Source: a virus
Taxonomy: Duplodnaviria > Caudoviricetes
Length of the DNA stretch: 41,636 nucleotides
Reading direction: 5' to 3' (one strand)
IMG/VR virus record: IMGVR_UViG_3300017780_003067
Coordinates: 1-41,636 of that record
Shown: one piece after another, positions 32,854 to 41,636 of the stretch
How positions within the stretch are numbered: the stretch's first letter is position 1
How the letters are laid out: each line of letters begins with the position of its first letter
Position numbers and translations under genes: made by a program
The notes under the pieces: generated by a model
Told to the model about the DNA's origin: nothing
Databases searched by the model: none
What the model saw: the letters and a program-made list of their open reading frames with translations, nothing else

Positions 32854-34374
32854 ATGGCTCTACCAGATATTAGATTTACATTAAGCACCAACGGATTAGG
32901 TCGACCTTTAGATGGGAAAGATCATTATTCGTCTATGGTGTTTTATACGGCTGCTTATCCAAGTGGTTTTGATGGAAGCAATCAAATCAAGAAAGTATTT
33001 TCGCTTTCGGATGTTGAGGATTTAGGAATAGTTGGAGACTACTCAAATGAGACGTTAGGAACTGGAGGTAATTATGCAATGTCGGTTACTTCTGCTACAA
33101 ATGGTGATACCATCGAATTTAAAGCCACTATTTTAGGAACAGTTGTTAGTTTAGGAGTTGCAACGTTTGTAACAGCAATGACAACAACAACATTTGCAAC
33201 AGCTGTAAGAACTGCAATAAATGAAGGAACGGCAACGCATGGCTTTACGGCTGGCGGTTCGGTAGCAAACGTATTGTTGACTTATTCAACATCTGGATGG
33301 GGTACAAATATAGTTTTATCGGCAACGGTAACAGGAACGGTAACAGCTCCAACTATTACCCAATTTACAGGTTTTGCGAATGATCCATACATTCATATTT
33401 GGTATCATGCAAAAAGATATTTCATTTCGCAACCAAATGGAGTTCTTTGGTTAGGTATTTTCCCAACTGCTGGAACTTTGAACTTTGAAGAAATTACGAC
33501 TATCCAGAACTATGCAGAAGGTCAAGTACGTTTGTTTGGTGTTTATTCGAACACTACAAGTACAGCTTTTGCAACTGGTCAAGTAACTACTTTGCAAGGT
33601 ATTTCAGATGATAACTATGACGATCATAGACCGTGCGACATTATCTATACACCAAACATTAACGGAACTGCATTAAGCGCATTAGCTGACCTTTCGGCTT
33701 TGACCGCTAAGAACGTTCTAGTTGATATTGGTCAAGATGGTGACGCAGAAGGTAATGAGTTATACATCTACCTAGGTAAGTCAATTGGAACATTAGGCGC
33801 ATGTTTGGGGACTGCTGCATTTGCAAAAGTTCACGAAAATTTAGGCTATGTTGCTAAGTTTAATCTTGCTGCAAGCGATACTGAATTTGCTGTACCTGCT
33901 TTTTCTAATGGTGTAAAAGTACGTGACCAATCAACTAGCTTACTAAATGTATTGTATGCTTATCATTGGACATTTATTAAAAAACACATTGATTATACAG
34001 GAACGTATTTTGTAGATGCAAAAACGGCAATTGCAAACACTTCTGATTATTGCACTCTTGAAAATAACAGGACAATAAATAAGGTAATAAGGAACGTAAG
34101 AACTTCTTTAATGCCTCAATTGAATGGCCCCGTTTATGTAGATGCAACAAGCGGAAAACTAACAGCCGATCAAATTGGCTACTTAGAAAGTTTGGCAAAT
34201 GCACCAGTTGAGCAAATGGAAAAAGATGGCGAATTATCAGGCTACAAGGTTATTATAAACCCTGAGCAAGATGTACTTTCAACGGGGAATTTGGAGTTAA
34301 CAATCCAGAACGTACCAGTCGGGGTGAGCCGTAATATTAACGTAAATGTTGGATTCGTAACTAAAGTATCATAA
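32854..34374 (+). CDS. Tail sheath protein
   Basis: DY..LENNRTINKVIR...GELSG..V.INPEQDVL...VPVGVSRNI.V.VGF. Confidence 0.85.
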   Translation: MALPDIRFTLSTNGLGRPLDGKDHYSSMVFYTAAYPSGFDGSNQIKKVFSLSDVEDLGIVGDYSNETLGTGGNYAMSVTSATNGDTIEFKATILGTVVSLGVATFVTAMTTTTFATAVRTAINEGTATHGFTAGGSVANVLLTYSTSGWGTNIVLSATVTGTVTAPTITQFTGFANDPYIHIWYHAKRYFISQPNGVLWLGIFPTAGTLNFEEITTIQNYAEGQVRLFGVYSNTTSTAFATGQVTTLQGISDDNYDDHRPCDIIYTPNINGTALSALADLSALTAKNVLVDIGQDGDAEGNELYIYLGKSIGTLGACLGTAAFAKVHENLGYVAKFNLAASDTEFAVPAFSNGVKVRDQSTSLLNVLYAYHWTFIKKHIDYTGTYFVDAKTAIANTSDYCTLENNRTINKVIRNVRTSLMPQLNGPVYVDATSGKLTADQIGYLESLANAPVEQMEKDGELSGYKVIINPEQDVLSTGNLELTIQNVPVGVSRNINVNVGFVTKVS

Positions 34375-34376
34375 TC

Positions 34377-34793
34377 ATGGCTTTACCACTAATAAACGGA
34401 AGAACTTATGATTACAGTTCGATAATCGTAAACATTATGTCAGTACCAGTGGCTGGAGTTACAGCCATTGAATACTCGGACGATCAGGAAATGGAAGACA
34501 ATTACGGGGCTGGAACTATGCCAGTTAACCGTGGTTTCGGAAAATATAAGGCAATGGCAAAGATTACCTTGTATATGGAAGAGGTCGAAGCCATAACTGC
34601 ACTTGCAGTAGGTGGTAGACTTCAAAATATACCAGAATTTGATATTATTGTGGCTTATGTTAACTCTTCTAATTTGCCAGTTACGCATAAATTACGTAAT
34701 TGCAGATTCAAAGGCAACAACCGAAAATCAAAGTCAGGAGACACTAAGATAGAGGTTGAGCTTGAGTTGTTAATTTCACACATAACTTGGTAA
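34377..34793 (+). CDS. Tail tube protein
   Basis: LINGRTYDY...GVTAIEY...YGAG..PV.RGFG; follows the sheath gene. Confidence 0.85.
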   Translation: MALPLINGRTYDYSSIIVNIMSVPVAGVTAIEYSDDQEMEDNYGAGTMPVNRGFGKYKAMAKITLYMEEVEAITALAVGGRLQNIPEFDIIVAYVNSSNLPVTHKLRNCRFKGNNRKSKSGDTKIEVELELLISHITW

Positions 34794-34794
34794 A

Positions 34795-35070
34795 ATGGCT
34801 AATTACACTTTAAAAGTTCCACTTTCATCAGAGCAAAAGGAATTTGCTGAAATGGTAATCAAAGAACTAGAAGACAGAATTTTGTTTACAATGGTTCAAA
34901 AGGCAATGCAAAATGATGAACTGCAAGCGGTTGAAATTATGCTTAATGGTCTTTGGGTTTCGGGCGATCCAGTTAAAAAGATTACTGATTCTCTTTATGC
35001 CTTGCGTTCAGCCACAAGAACATTATTACCGTTACTTAGCGTTGCTGATGGGGAGTTAAAAAAAAATTAA
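34795..35070 (+). CDS. Tail assembly chaperone (G-like)
   Basis: Between tube and tape measure; ends in an A9 slippery run (ELKKN). Confidence 0.8.
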   Translation: MANYTLKVPLSSEQKEFAEMVIKELEDRILFTMVQKAMQNDELQAVEIMLNGLWVSGDPVKKITDSLYALRSATRTLLPLLSVADGELKKN

Positions 35071-35249
35071 TTCAGTGGAAAGTATCTGAACTTGATACCG
35101 AGGATGAGTTAAGGAAACGAAACGCATTACTTCGGTATCATTTTCATTTAAACCCTGATTTGTTGAGTGATGATGAATTTGCTCAAAGGTGGTGTGAGTT
35201 AGAATGGGTGTTAAAACAGGAAGCTAACAAGATTACAGGAAATGGCTGA
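35058..35249 (+). CDS. Tail assembly chaperone -1 frameshift extension (T-like)
   Basis: Open -1 frame without ATG: LIQWKVSELDTEDELRKRNALLRYHFHLNPDLLSDDEFAQRWCELEWVLKQEANKITGNG. Confidence 0.8.
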   Translation, partial: KKKLIQWKVSELDTEDELRKRNALLRYHFHLNPDLLSDDEFAQRWCELEWVLKQEANKITGNG

Positions 35250-36696
35250 AAAGGTCGAATACATATTAAGTCTAAAGGATTTATTTACTCCTAAAATGCA
35301 ATCTGCTATTTCGGAAACGGAAAAGCTAGATAATGCTATGGGTAAAGTAAATAGATCAACAAATACGACAAGTAATTCTTTGCTTTCTTTTGGAAATATC
35401 ATCAAAGGTGCTGCATTGGCAGGTCTTGGACTACTTGCTAAAGGTGCTTTTGATTCAGCAATGAAGTTTGAAGCATTAAACAATCAATTAGGATTTGCTT
35501 CTGGTTCTATGAAGCAAGGTGGGCAAGATTTTGAGTACATCAAGAACCTTTCTAATGAAATGGGTCTTGAATTGGTAACGGCAACCGAATCATTCGCAAA
35601 GTTTTCGGGGGCTGCAAGGGGAACTATATTACAAGGACAAGGCGTAAAAGATATTTTTGAAGGTGTTGCAATGGCTTCGACTGTAATGCACCTTTCGGCT
35701 GAACAAAGTAGCGGTGCTTTTACAGCATTAGAGCAAATGCTTTCAAAGGGAAAAGTATCAGCCGAAGAACTTAGGGGGCAATTAGGAGAAAGAATACCAG
35801 GGGCTTTTCAAATCGCTGCACGTTCAATGAACATGACAACAATGGAATTAGACAAAGCTATGTCTAATGGTCAAATAATGTCTGATGTGTTTTTGCCTAG
35901 ATTCGCAGCCCAATTGAAAAAAGAATTTGGCGGTGGCATGGCAAATGCAGCCAATTCTATGCAGTCAAACATGAATAGAATAAGTAATTCGTGGACTTTG
36001 TTAAAACTGACTTTAGGGGAGGGATTAGGCGGTGTTTTTGCTTCTGGAATGGAAGGTATTCAGAGGGTATTTGCAGGGATTAACCAAGGAATTGACTATT
36101 TAAAACAGAATATAGTTTCATTACAAGGCATATTTCAGCCACTTATTGACGTGGTTGTTTATACTTGGGACATGATTAAAGGAGTATTTACTTCTTTCAA
36201 TTTAGGGGAAATGTTTAATACGTGGGCTAATGCTTTAGGGGCTGTTTTTTACATTCTAAAACCATTTGCAATTGTGTTGATAGATACACTTGGATTTGCT
36301 TTAAAGGTCGTTATAGGCTTAGTAAATGGAGTCGCTGAACTTGTTTTAGGTATAGGGAAACTATTTGGCTATCAAGAAAAGAAATTAGGAATAAAACTAG
36401 ACGATAAAGATGTATTAGGACAATCCAAAGCCATGCAAACGGCAATGGGTACTAATGCGCCAACTTCTGCGTTAGGTTCGCCAAAAACTACAAATACAGG
36501 TTTAGAAAGTAGAGCCACGCAAGTAAGCGGTTCAAAGCCTACAAGTATTGTTATCAATGTGGGCAAACTTGTTGAAACGCAAAATTTCAACGGTGCTATT
36601 GATAACATAAAAAACATTGCACCAAACGTACGTGACGAAATGATTAAGATTTTCTTGTCAATGTTAAATGACTCACAACAATTAGCATCGGTATAA
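35242..36696 (+). CDS. Tape measure protein
   Basis: ALEQMLSKGKVSAEELRGQLGERIPGAFQIAAR domain; 484 aa. Confidence 0.9.
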   Translation: MAEKVEYILSLKDLFTPKMQSAISETEKLDNAMGKVNRSTNTTSNSLLSFGNIIKGAALAGLGLLAKGAFDSAMKFEALNNQLGFASGSMKQGGQDFEYIKNLSNEMGLELVTATESFAKFSGAARGTILQGQGVKDIFEGVAMASTVMHLSAEQSSGAFTALEQMLSKGKVSAEELRGQLGERIPGAFQIAARSMNMTTMELDKAMSNGQIMSDVFLPRFAAQLKKEFGGGMANAANSMQSNMNRISNSWTLLKLTLGEGLGGVFASGMEGIQRVFAGINQGIDYLKQNIVSLQGIFQPLIDVVVYTWDMIKGVFTSFNLGEMFNTWANALGAVFYILKPFAIVLIDTLGFALKVVIGLVNGVAELVLGIGKLFGYQEKKLGIKLDDKDVLGQSKAMQTAMGTNAPTSALGSPKTTNTGLESRATQVSGSKPTSIVINVGKLVETQNFNGAIDNIKNIAPNVRDEMIKIFLSMLNDSQQLASV

Positions 36697-37340
36697 TGGC
36701 AGCAGAAGATTTTATCCCTAACCAGCCATTACCTAGCGTAAAAAAGCCTCAATTAATTTTGAGTTCTTTTGGGTTAAAATTACTAAAGCCTAGATTCTAC
36801 AAGCAAGGACAAGGGCTTAATTTGCTTAGTGTAGATGATGAATTACGTCCAACTACAAACAAAGGTACACTTGGATTGCCTGTTTTTGGAGGTATAGTTT
36901 TTAAAGCTGGTTCTTATATAAACAATAATGGCGAAACAATAAATTACGGCAAAGAAGGTGCGCAAGACTTACTGATTGAATGCTGTTTGATTGAAGTTGG
37001 ACAACAAAGACAAATTGTGTCAACAAAGATACAAGGCAAAGATGCGAGCGTAAAGCAATTCATTTCAAATGGAGACTATGGAGTAACTATTAGGGGTGTA
37101 TTAGCAAGTTCTATACCTAATGTTTATCCTGATTCAGATATGAGGGCTTTACAGACTATTTGCAATGCAGAAGTAGCTGTTTCAGTTCAATGCCCTTATT
37201 TGGAAGACTTTTTTCAGATAGGTCAAATAGTAGTTCAATACGCAAGTTTTCCGCAATTAGAGGGCAATATTACCGTTCAACCTTTTGAACTTAGATGTCT
37301 TTCGGACGAACCTATAATCTTGAAAACAAAAGATGCTTAG
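36696..37340 (+). CDS. Tail/baseplate tube-initiator-like protein (DUF6046-like)
   Basis: IVSTKIQGKDASVKQFISNGDYGVTIRG...CLSDEP. Confidence 0.7.
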   Translation: MAAEDFIPNQPLPSVKKPQLILSSFGLKLLKPRFYKQGQGLNLLSVDDELRPTTNKGTLGLPVFGGIVFKAGSYINNNGETINYGKEGAQDLLIECCLIEVGQQRQIVSTKIQGKDASVKQFISNGDYGVTIRGVLASSIPNVYPDSDMRALQTICNAEVAVSVQCPYLEDFFQIGQIVVQYASFPQLEGNITVQPFELRCLSDEPIILKTKDA

Positions 37341-38346
37341 ACCTGATTGCATAGTGACATTTACACAACAAAACGGACGTTCAGAAACGATAGTTTTTAA
37401 TGGCGTAAATGATATGCCTATACGATCAAGTTTTAAAAACATGACAGATACTTGTGAAATTGTTTTGGCTCATAAGTACACATGGAAAGGTCAGGACGTA
37501 TTTTCTTCTACTAATCCTATTCTAAAAGTTGGGGATAAGGTTAATATTGAAATTGGTTATAACAATACTTTAGAAACTGCATTTACTGGGTATATCACAG
37601 GATTAACAACTGAAGAAAAAACGGTAATAAAGTGTGAAGACGAATTGTGGATACTCAAAAGAAAGTTGGTAAAAAATAAGGAGTGGCAAAAGGTTTCATT
37701 GAAAGAATTATTGGCTTATACTATTGGAAGTACTTTGCCTTATGTTGCTACTTTGGAGTATGAAGATTTGGGTAGGTTTTCGATTATCAATAGCCCAACT
37801 GTCGCAAAGGTACTTGAAAAGCTAAGAACTGATTTCCACATGGAGGTATTTATGCGAGAAGGAACTTTGTATATAGGAAGAAAGTACTTATACGACTTTA
37901 ACAAAACAAAAGACAAAAGCAAAGAACATACTTTTGAGTTTCAGGAAACGATAATAGATTCTAACCTAGAATGGGAGACAACTGACACGAGCCGATACTT
38001 TGTAAAAGTTATCGGGATAAGACGTGAGGGTAAAAAAAATAAAAGGCGTGAGGTCATTGTAGGAGATACCACAGGGGCGCAATTAACAGCGCATTATTAC
38101 GGTGATTATTCAGAATCACAGCTCAAAGAAATGGGCGAACAATACTTGACAGGTGTTGTTTATGATGGGTATCGTGGCAGTTTTAGGGCTTTTGGCGAAC
38201 CATTTGTACGTCATGGTGACAGGATAAACCTAGTTGATAAAAGGCAACCAGAACGAAACGGAACATACTTTTGCAAAGGAGTTGATTATGATTTCGGATG
38301 GAACGGATATTTTCAAAACATAGAATTAGGTACTAGGCTATTATGA
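37333..38346 (+). CDS. Baseplate hub (Mu gpP / late control D-like)
   Basis: TDTCEI...GDKVNIEIGY...FTGYI...YDGYRGSFRAFGEP. Confidence 0.8.
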   Translation: MLRPDCIVTFTQQNGRSETIVFNGVNDMPIRSSFKNMTDTCEIVLAHKYTWKGQDVFSSTNPILKVGDKVNIEIGYNNTLETAFTGYITGLTTEEKTVIKCEDELWILKRKLVKNKEWQKVSLKELLAYTIGSTLPYVATLEYEDLGRFSIINSPTVAKVLEKLRTDFHMEVFMREGTLYIGRKYLYDFNKTKDKSKEHTFEFQETIIDSNLEWETTDTSRYFVKVIGIRREGKKNKRREVIVGDTTGAQLTAHYYGDYSESQLKEMGEQYLTGVVYDGYRGSFRAFGEPFVRHGDRINLVDKRQPERNGTYFCKGVDYDFGWNGYFQNIELGTRLL

Positions 38347-38840
38347 GAGAAATATTAGACTCGTTAAAACAGCTCATACTAAGTATGTTACCTAGACAAC
38401 CTTTGTTTGCCGAAGTTATTAGTTATGAAGACGCAACAAATACTATTACTGTTAAGCCTACGACTGATTCAGATAATATAGAAGGTGTTTCTTTAGATGC
38501 ACAAGGGGACAAGGACAAAGGTTTTTTTGCAGTTCCAAAAGCAGGATCTGATGTATTAATAGGGTTTATTAATAACGAACCTTATGTAAAGATGTATTCA
38601 GAAGTAGATTTAATTGTATTAAAAGAAAATTTGTATAGCTCTGTTAAGGCAGAAGAAATTCAAACACAACTTTACAAATTAGATAACCAATTACAGGCGG
38701 TTATAACATCATTAAAAAACTGGACTCCAGTTCCTAATGATGGAGGGGCAGCATTAAAAACATATTTTGCAGCTCAAATAGTATCAAATGAAAGAGCTGA
38801 TTTTGATGATATTATTAACGAAAACGTAAAACATGGCTAG
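38343..38840 (+). CDS. Baseplate spike-like protein
   Basis: OB-fold-like VPKAGSDVLIG; VPNDGGAALK. Confidence 0.65.
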   Translation: MREILDSLKQLILSMLPRQPLFAEVISYEDATNTITVKPTTDSDNIEGVSLDAQGDKDKGFFAVPKAGSDVLIGFINNEPYVKMYSEVDLIVLKENLYSSVKAEEIQTQLYKLDNQLQAVITSLKNWTPVPNDGGAALKTYFAAQIVSNERADFDDIINENVKHG

Positions 38841-39129
38841 ATCAGACTTTAAACTAGATTCAAATATTTTAGTAATTAAAAATAATGATTTGGTTATTGG
38901 GCAATCAGACCAACAACATATATCTGATTTGATAAACTCACATCTTGGATGGTATCGTGAATTTCCTTTAGTGGGGGCAAGTGCGAGCGACTATATAAAC
39001 TCTCCAAGTAATGCAATACCAAATTTTGAAAGTGCGATAAAAGAATCGTTAAAATCAGATGGTTATCAGCAAAAAATACGAGTTAACGAATTTACAAGCG
39101 AAAGTCAAGATATTGTAATTTATGAATAG
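38833..39129 (+). CDS. Baseplate wedge protein (gp25/gp46-like)
   Basis: DLVIGQSDQQHI...GWYREFPLVG. Confidence 0.65.
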   Translation: MARSDFKLDSNILVIKNNDLVIGQSDQQHISDLINSHLGWYREFPLVGASASDYINSPSNAIPNFESAIKESLKSDGYQQKIRVNEFTSESQDIVIYE

Positions 39130-39628
39130 TTTACAAATACAGGATGGACAAAACATTTATGATATCGCCACTAAGCAATTTGGGGATGTATCTAAAGTAT
39201 TATCTATTGTATTAGATAACAATGAAAATCTTGATTATGATTTAACAGGAGTTAGTAAGATAAACTATACATCAGGCAATTTTATAATACCAACTATTTC
39301 AAAAGTATTACAAAAAGAAGCTATAAAACCAACAAGCTATGTTACTGTTTACGGACAAAACATATATGATGTTGCATTACAACTATACGCAGACACTTCT
39401 AATGTTTTTTCGATTACAAATACAAGTCTTGATGATGATATAGAACATAATCAATCAGTTACAATAAAAACCTATAAATCTAAACTAACAGTCCAAAAAA
39501 ATGCTATTGATTTATCAGGCAGAATAATTGGCACAAAACAATATTTACAAGAATTTTACAAATATATTGGCACTGAAACTAGGATAATACTTACGACAGA
39601 GTCAGGAATAAAATTTATCATTGAATAA
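39122..39628 (+). CDS. Double LysM-like baseplate protein
   Basis: GQNIYDIATKQFGD and GQNIYDVALQLYAD. Confidence 0.7.
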   Translation: MNSLQIQDGQNIYDIATKQFGDVSKVLSIVLDNNENLDYDLTGVSKINYTSGNFIIPTISKVLQKEAIKPTSYVTVYGQNIYDVALQLYADTSNVFSITNTSLDDDIEHNQSVTIKTYKSKLTVQKNAIDLSGRIIGTKQYLQEFYKYIGTETRIILTTESGIKFIIE

Positions 39629-40437
39629 TGGCTGATGAAGTAATAAAAATATCCGAGTTGCCCGATATCGGTACATTAGATGGTACTGAATTAGTACCTA
39701 TTGTAAAAGATGGAGTTACTTCTCAAACTACAACACAAGAGATAGCAGATTTAAGTGGAGGAAGCGGTTCAGGAACTTCATTAACCGACACAATAACAGC
39801 AGGTGAAAATTTAGTTGAAAATGATTTAGTATATCTTAGTACAGATGGTAAGTATTGGAAAGCTGATTATCTAACAGTTGCTACATGTTCGACTGAATTA
39901 AGATTGGTTACGGATGCTACAATAACAGCTAATGCTACTGGAGAGTCTTTAACAATAGGTTTAAAAGCAGGTTTTACTTTAACGGCAGGGGAGTTATACT
40001 ACGTTGGTGCGAGTGGTGCGATATGTTTATACAATGATATTCCCGATACAGAAGGTATAATTGTAAGAAGCGTTGGAACGGCAAAAAGCGCAACTGAATT
40101 AGAGTTCAATCCTGATCAATTTTATGTAGAAACTACTTTAAGTCCGACAGGTCAGACTGGAATAGTTCGAATAGTAGAAACTAGATCAGGTGTAACGGCA
40201 ACATTGGGGAATGCTTCAATGACTGATTATGTAGAAAATTGCACAGGTACAAATACTTTAACCTTGCCGACTGCAATAGGAAACACAAACAAATATACGG
40301 TAACGCTTGTAAGTGGTTCGACTACAATAAATACAACAAGTTCACAAACAATAAATGGGAGTACGTCAATTGTAATGAGTACGCCTTTTTTAAGTTTAGA
40401 TTTTATTTCAAATGGTTCTAATTGGTTAATAAGATAA
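39628..40437 (+). CDS. Putative tail fibre/structural protein
   Basis: KISELP...GTELVPIV N-terminus; AGENL...VY; TLTLPTA...TING C-terminal beta domain. Confidence 0.6.
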   Translation: MADEVIKISELPDIGTLDGTELVPIVKDGVTSQTTTQEIADLSGGSGSGTSLTDTITAGENLVENDLVYLSTDGKYWKADYLTVATCSTELRLVTDATITANATGESLTIGLKAGFTLTAGELYYVGASGAICLYNDIPDTEGIIVRSVGTAKSATELEFNPDQFYVETTLSPTGQTGIVRIVETRSGVTATLGNASMTDYVENCTGTNTLTLPTAIGNTNKYTVTLVSGSTTINTTSSQTINGSTSIVMSTPFLSLDFISNGSNWLIR

Positions 40438-40441
40438 GAAA

Positions 40442-41599
40442 ATGAGTTACCAACCGCCATATATTAACTTAGTAATTGTCGAGTCAGTAAATAATCTACC
40501 TGATGCTGTTGGTGATGTAATTACCTTGGTCGCTAATACTACTTATTTCATTACCAACACATTAGACTTAACTGGCAAAAGACTTGTATGTGGAGAAAAC
40601 ACTGCATTAATAGGAGGTTCAAGTGAGAATTGCAGAATAAAATCTACTGGTTTAGTTAGTGCCTTGATTACATCTGTTTATTCATTACCTATTAGAAATC
40701 TAACAATAGAAGCTGCGATAGCTTTAGATTTAGATGGGGATGGAACAACAACAGCGTTAGACTGGTTTGGGGTTAATTTTACTGATTGTGCCGTAATTGG
40801 AACGATTAAAGACTATTCTAATTTTATAATGGCTGATTCAGCTTTCCTTAATAGCGGAGGGTTGACATTTGATGGAACGATTGGAACAATTGGTTTTTCG
40901 CAATGTTTATTTAATTGCAATTCAAGTAACACAGCAATCATTTTACCTGCAACACTTACTGTAAGTCGAAGGTTTAGAATTATCTATTCATCATTTATAG
41001 TTTTAAGTGGTGAAACTGGAATAAATGTAAATGCAAGTGCAACAATATCAACAGAATCATACATCTTAGACACCGTTAACTTTGCAGGTGGTGGTACATA
41101 TCTTTCAGGGTTAGACCATACCTCTAACGATTCATTATTTACTAATTGCACAAATATTACAAATACAGCTGTTAACGGTCAATTGTATATGCAATCCAAC
41201 GCAACAGCTACGACTGTAAGTGTAATAGATACATTTTACAAAATAGCTGGAACAACAAGTGCAAGTGCTGACAATGCAAAGTTTAGTCATTCAAATAATA
41301 GATTAACTTGTGATGCTGTAATTAATAGAAAGTATCTTATACAAGCTACTTTATCATTTACATCAAGTGCAAATAATATTTGTGAGTTTGGATTTTACGA
41401 TAGTCAGCTTGCAGGAATCAGAACACCTTCAAGGACAAAATCAACAGCTAATTCAGGTGGTAGAGCCGAAAGTGTTACTTTGTTTTGTATTGTAAACATG
41501 GATAATGGTGATTATATTGAAGTACATTGTGCGAATAAAACAGGAGCAAATAACATAACGGTTGACAACCTTAATTTTATTGTTACTGAAATAAGATAA
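40442..41599 (+). CDS. Putative fibre/receptor-binding protein (beta-helix-like plus C-terminal beta-sandwich)
   Basis: Repetitive N/T/F beta pattern; C-terminal GDYIEV. Confidence 0.55.
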   Translation: MSYQPPYINLVIVESVNNLPDAVGDVITLVANTTYFITNTLDLTGKRLVCGENTALIGGSSENCRIKSTGLVSALITSVYSLPIRNLTIEAAIALDLDGDGTTTALDWFGVNFTDCAVIGTIKDYSNFIMADSAFLNSGGLTFDGTIGTIGFSQCLFNCNSSNTAIILPATLTVSRRFRIIYSSFIVLSGETGINVNASATISTESYILDTVNFAGGGTYLSGLDHTSNDSLFTNCTNITNTAVNGQLYMQSNATATTVSVIDTFYKIAGTTSASADNAKFSHSNNRLTCDAVINRKYLIQATLSFTSSANNICEFGFYDSQLAGIRTPSRTKSTANSGGRAESVTLFCIVNMDNGDYIEVHCANKTGANNITVDNLNFIVTEIR

Positions 41600-41636
41600 G
41601 ATATGGCTAAGTACGCAAAGAAAATAGGGAAAGTAA

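Noticed and set aside
23136-39628. Transposable Mu-like prophage, or a tailocin/eCIS
   Set aside because: No transposase or MuB; capsid, portal, terminase and an origin-type replication module are present.
9611-40460. Minus-strand ORFs within the rightward operons (e.g. 9611, 12641, 15669, 22736, 25356, 30685, 35211, 40227)
   Set aside because: Antisense to clearly recognisable genes, with no motifs or promoters. Only 29498..29992 and 30109..30312 occupy their own space.
1-41636. Integrase, endolysin/holin, tRNA or rRNA genes
   Set aside because: No ORF with a tyrosine-recombinase R-H-x-x-R-H-Y or serine-recombinase signature, no lysin motif and no cloverleaf recognised. They may lie outside the window.

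Overview
Most of the genome of a low-GC contractile-tailed phage that probably infects a Bacteroidota host (TAnnTTTG promoters, a T9SS-like cargo gene). 233-814: spanin-like gene. 1341-9017: a leftward-transcribed accessory region that is entirely an array of 12 integron-like gene cassettes. Each cassette is bounded by GTTA...TAAC complementary ends and separated by 54-133 bp attC-like hairpins. The array has an attI-like left end, no integrase in the window, and all genes inverted relative to the attC polarity. Cargo is three orphan DNA methyltransferases, four 'promoter + variable gene + small DNA-binding gene' units and five hypothetical genes. 9645-19312: early and replication genes (SSB-like, nucleases, initiator with iterons, primase-helicase). 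20149-41636: terminase, a Mu-like head/tail/baseplate set without transposase, and fibre genes. Further oddities: two homologous copies of a structured ncRNA (1-101 and 19319-19422), a dnaX-type -1 frameshift signal at a portal/gpF fusion junction, and a head adaptor with inserted repeats. All functional calls come from reading motifs by eye; no searches were run.
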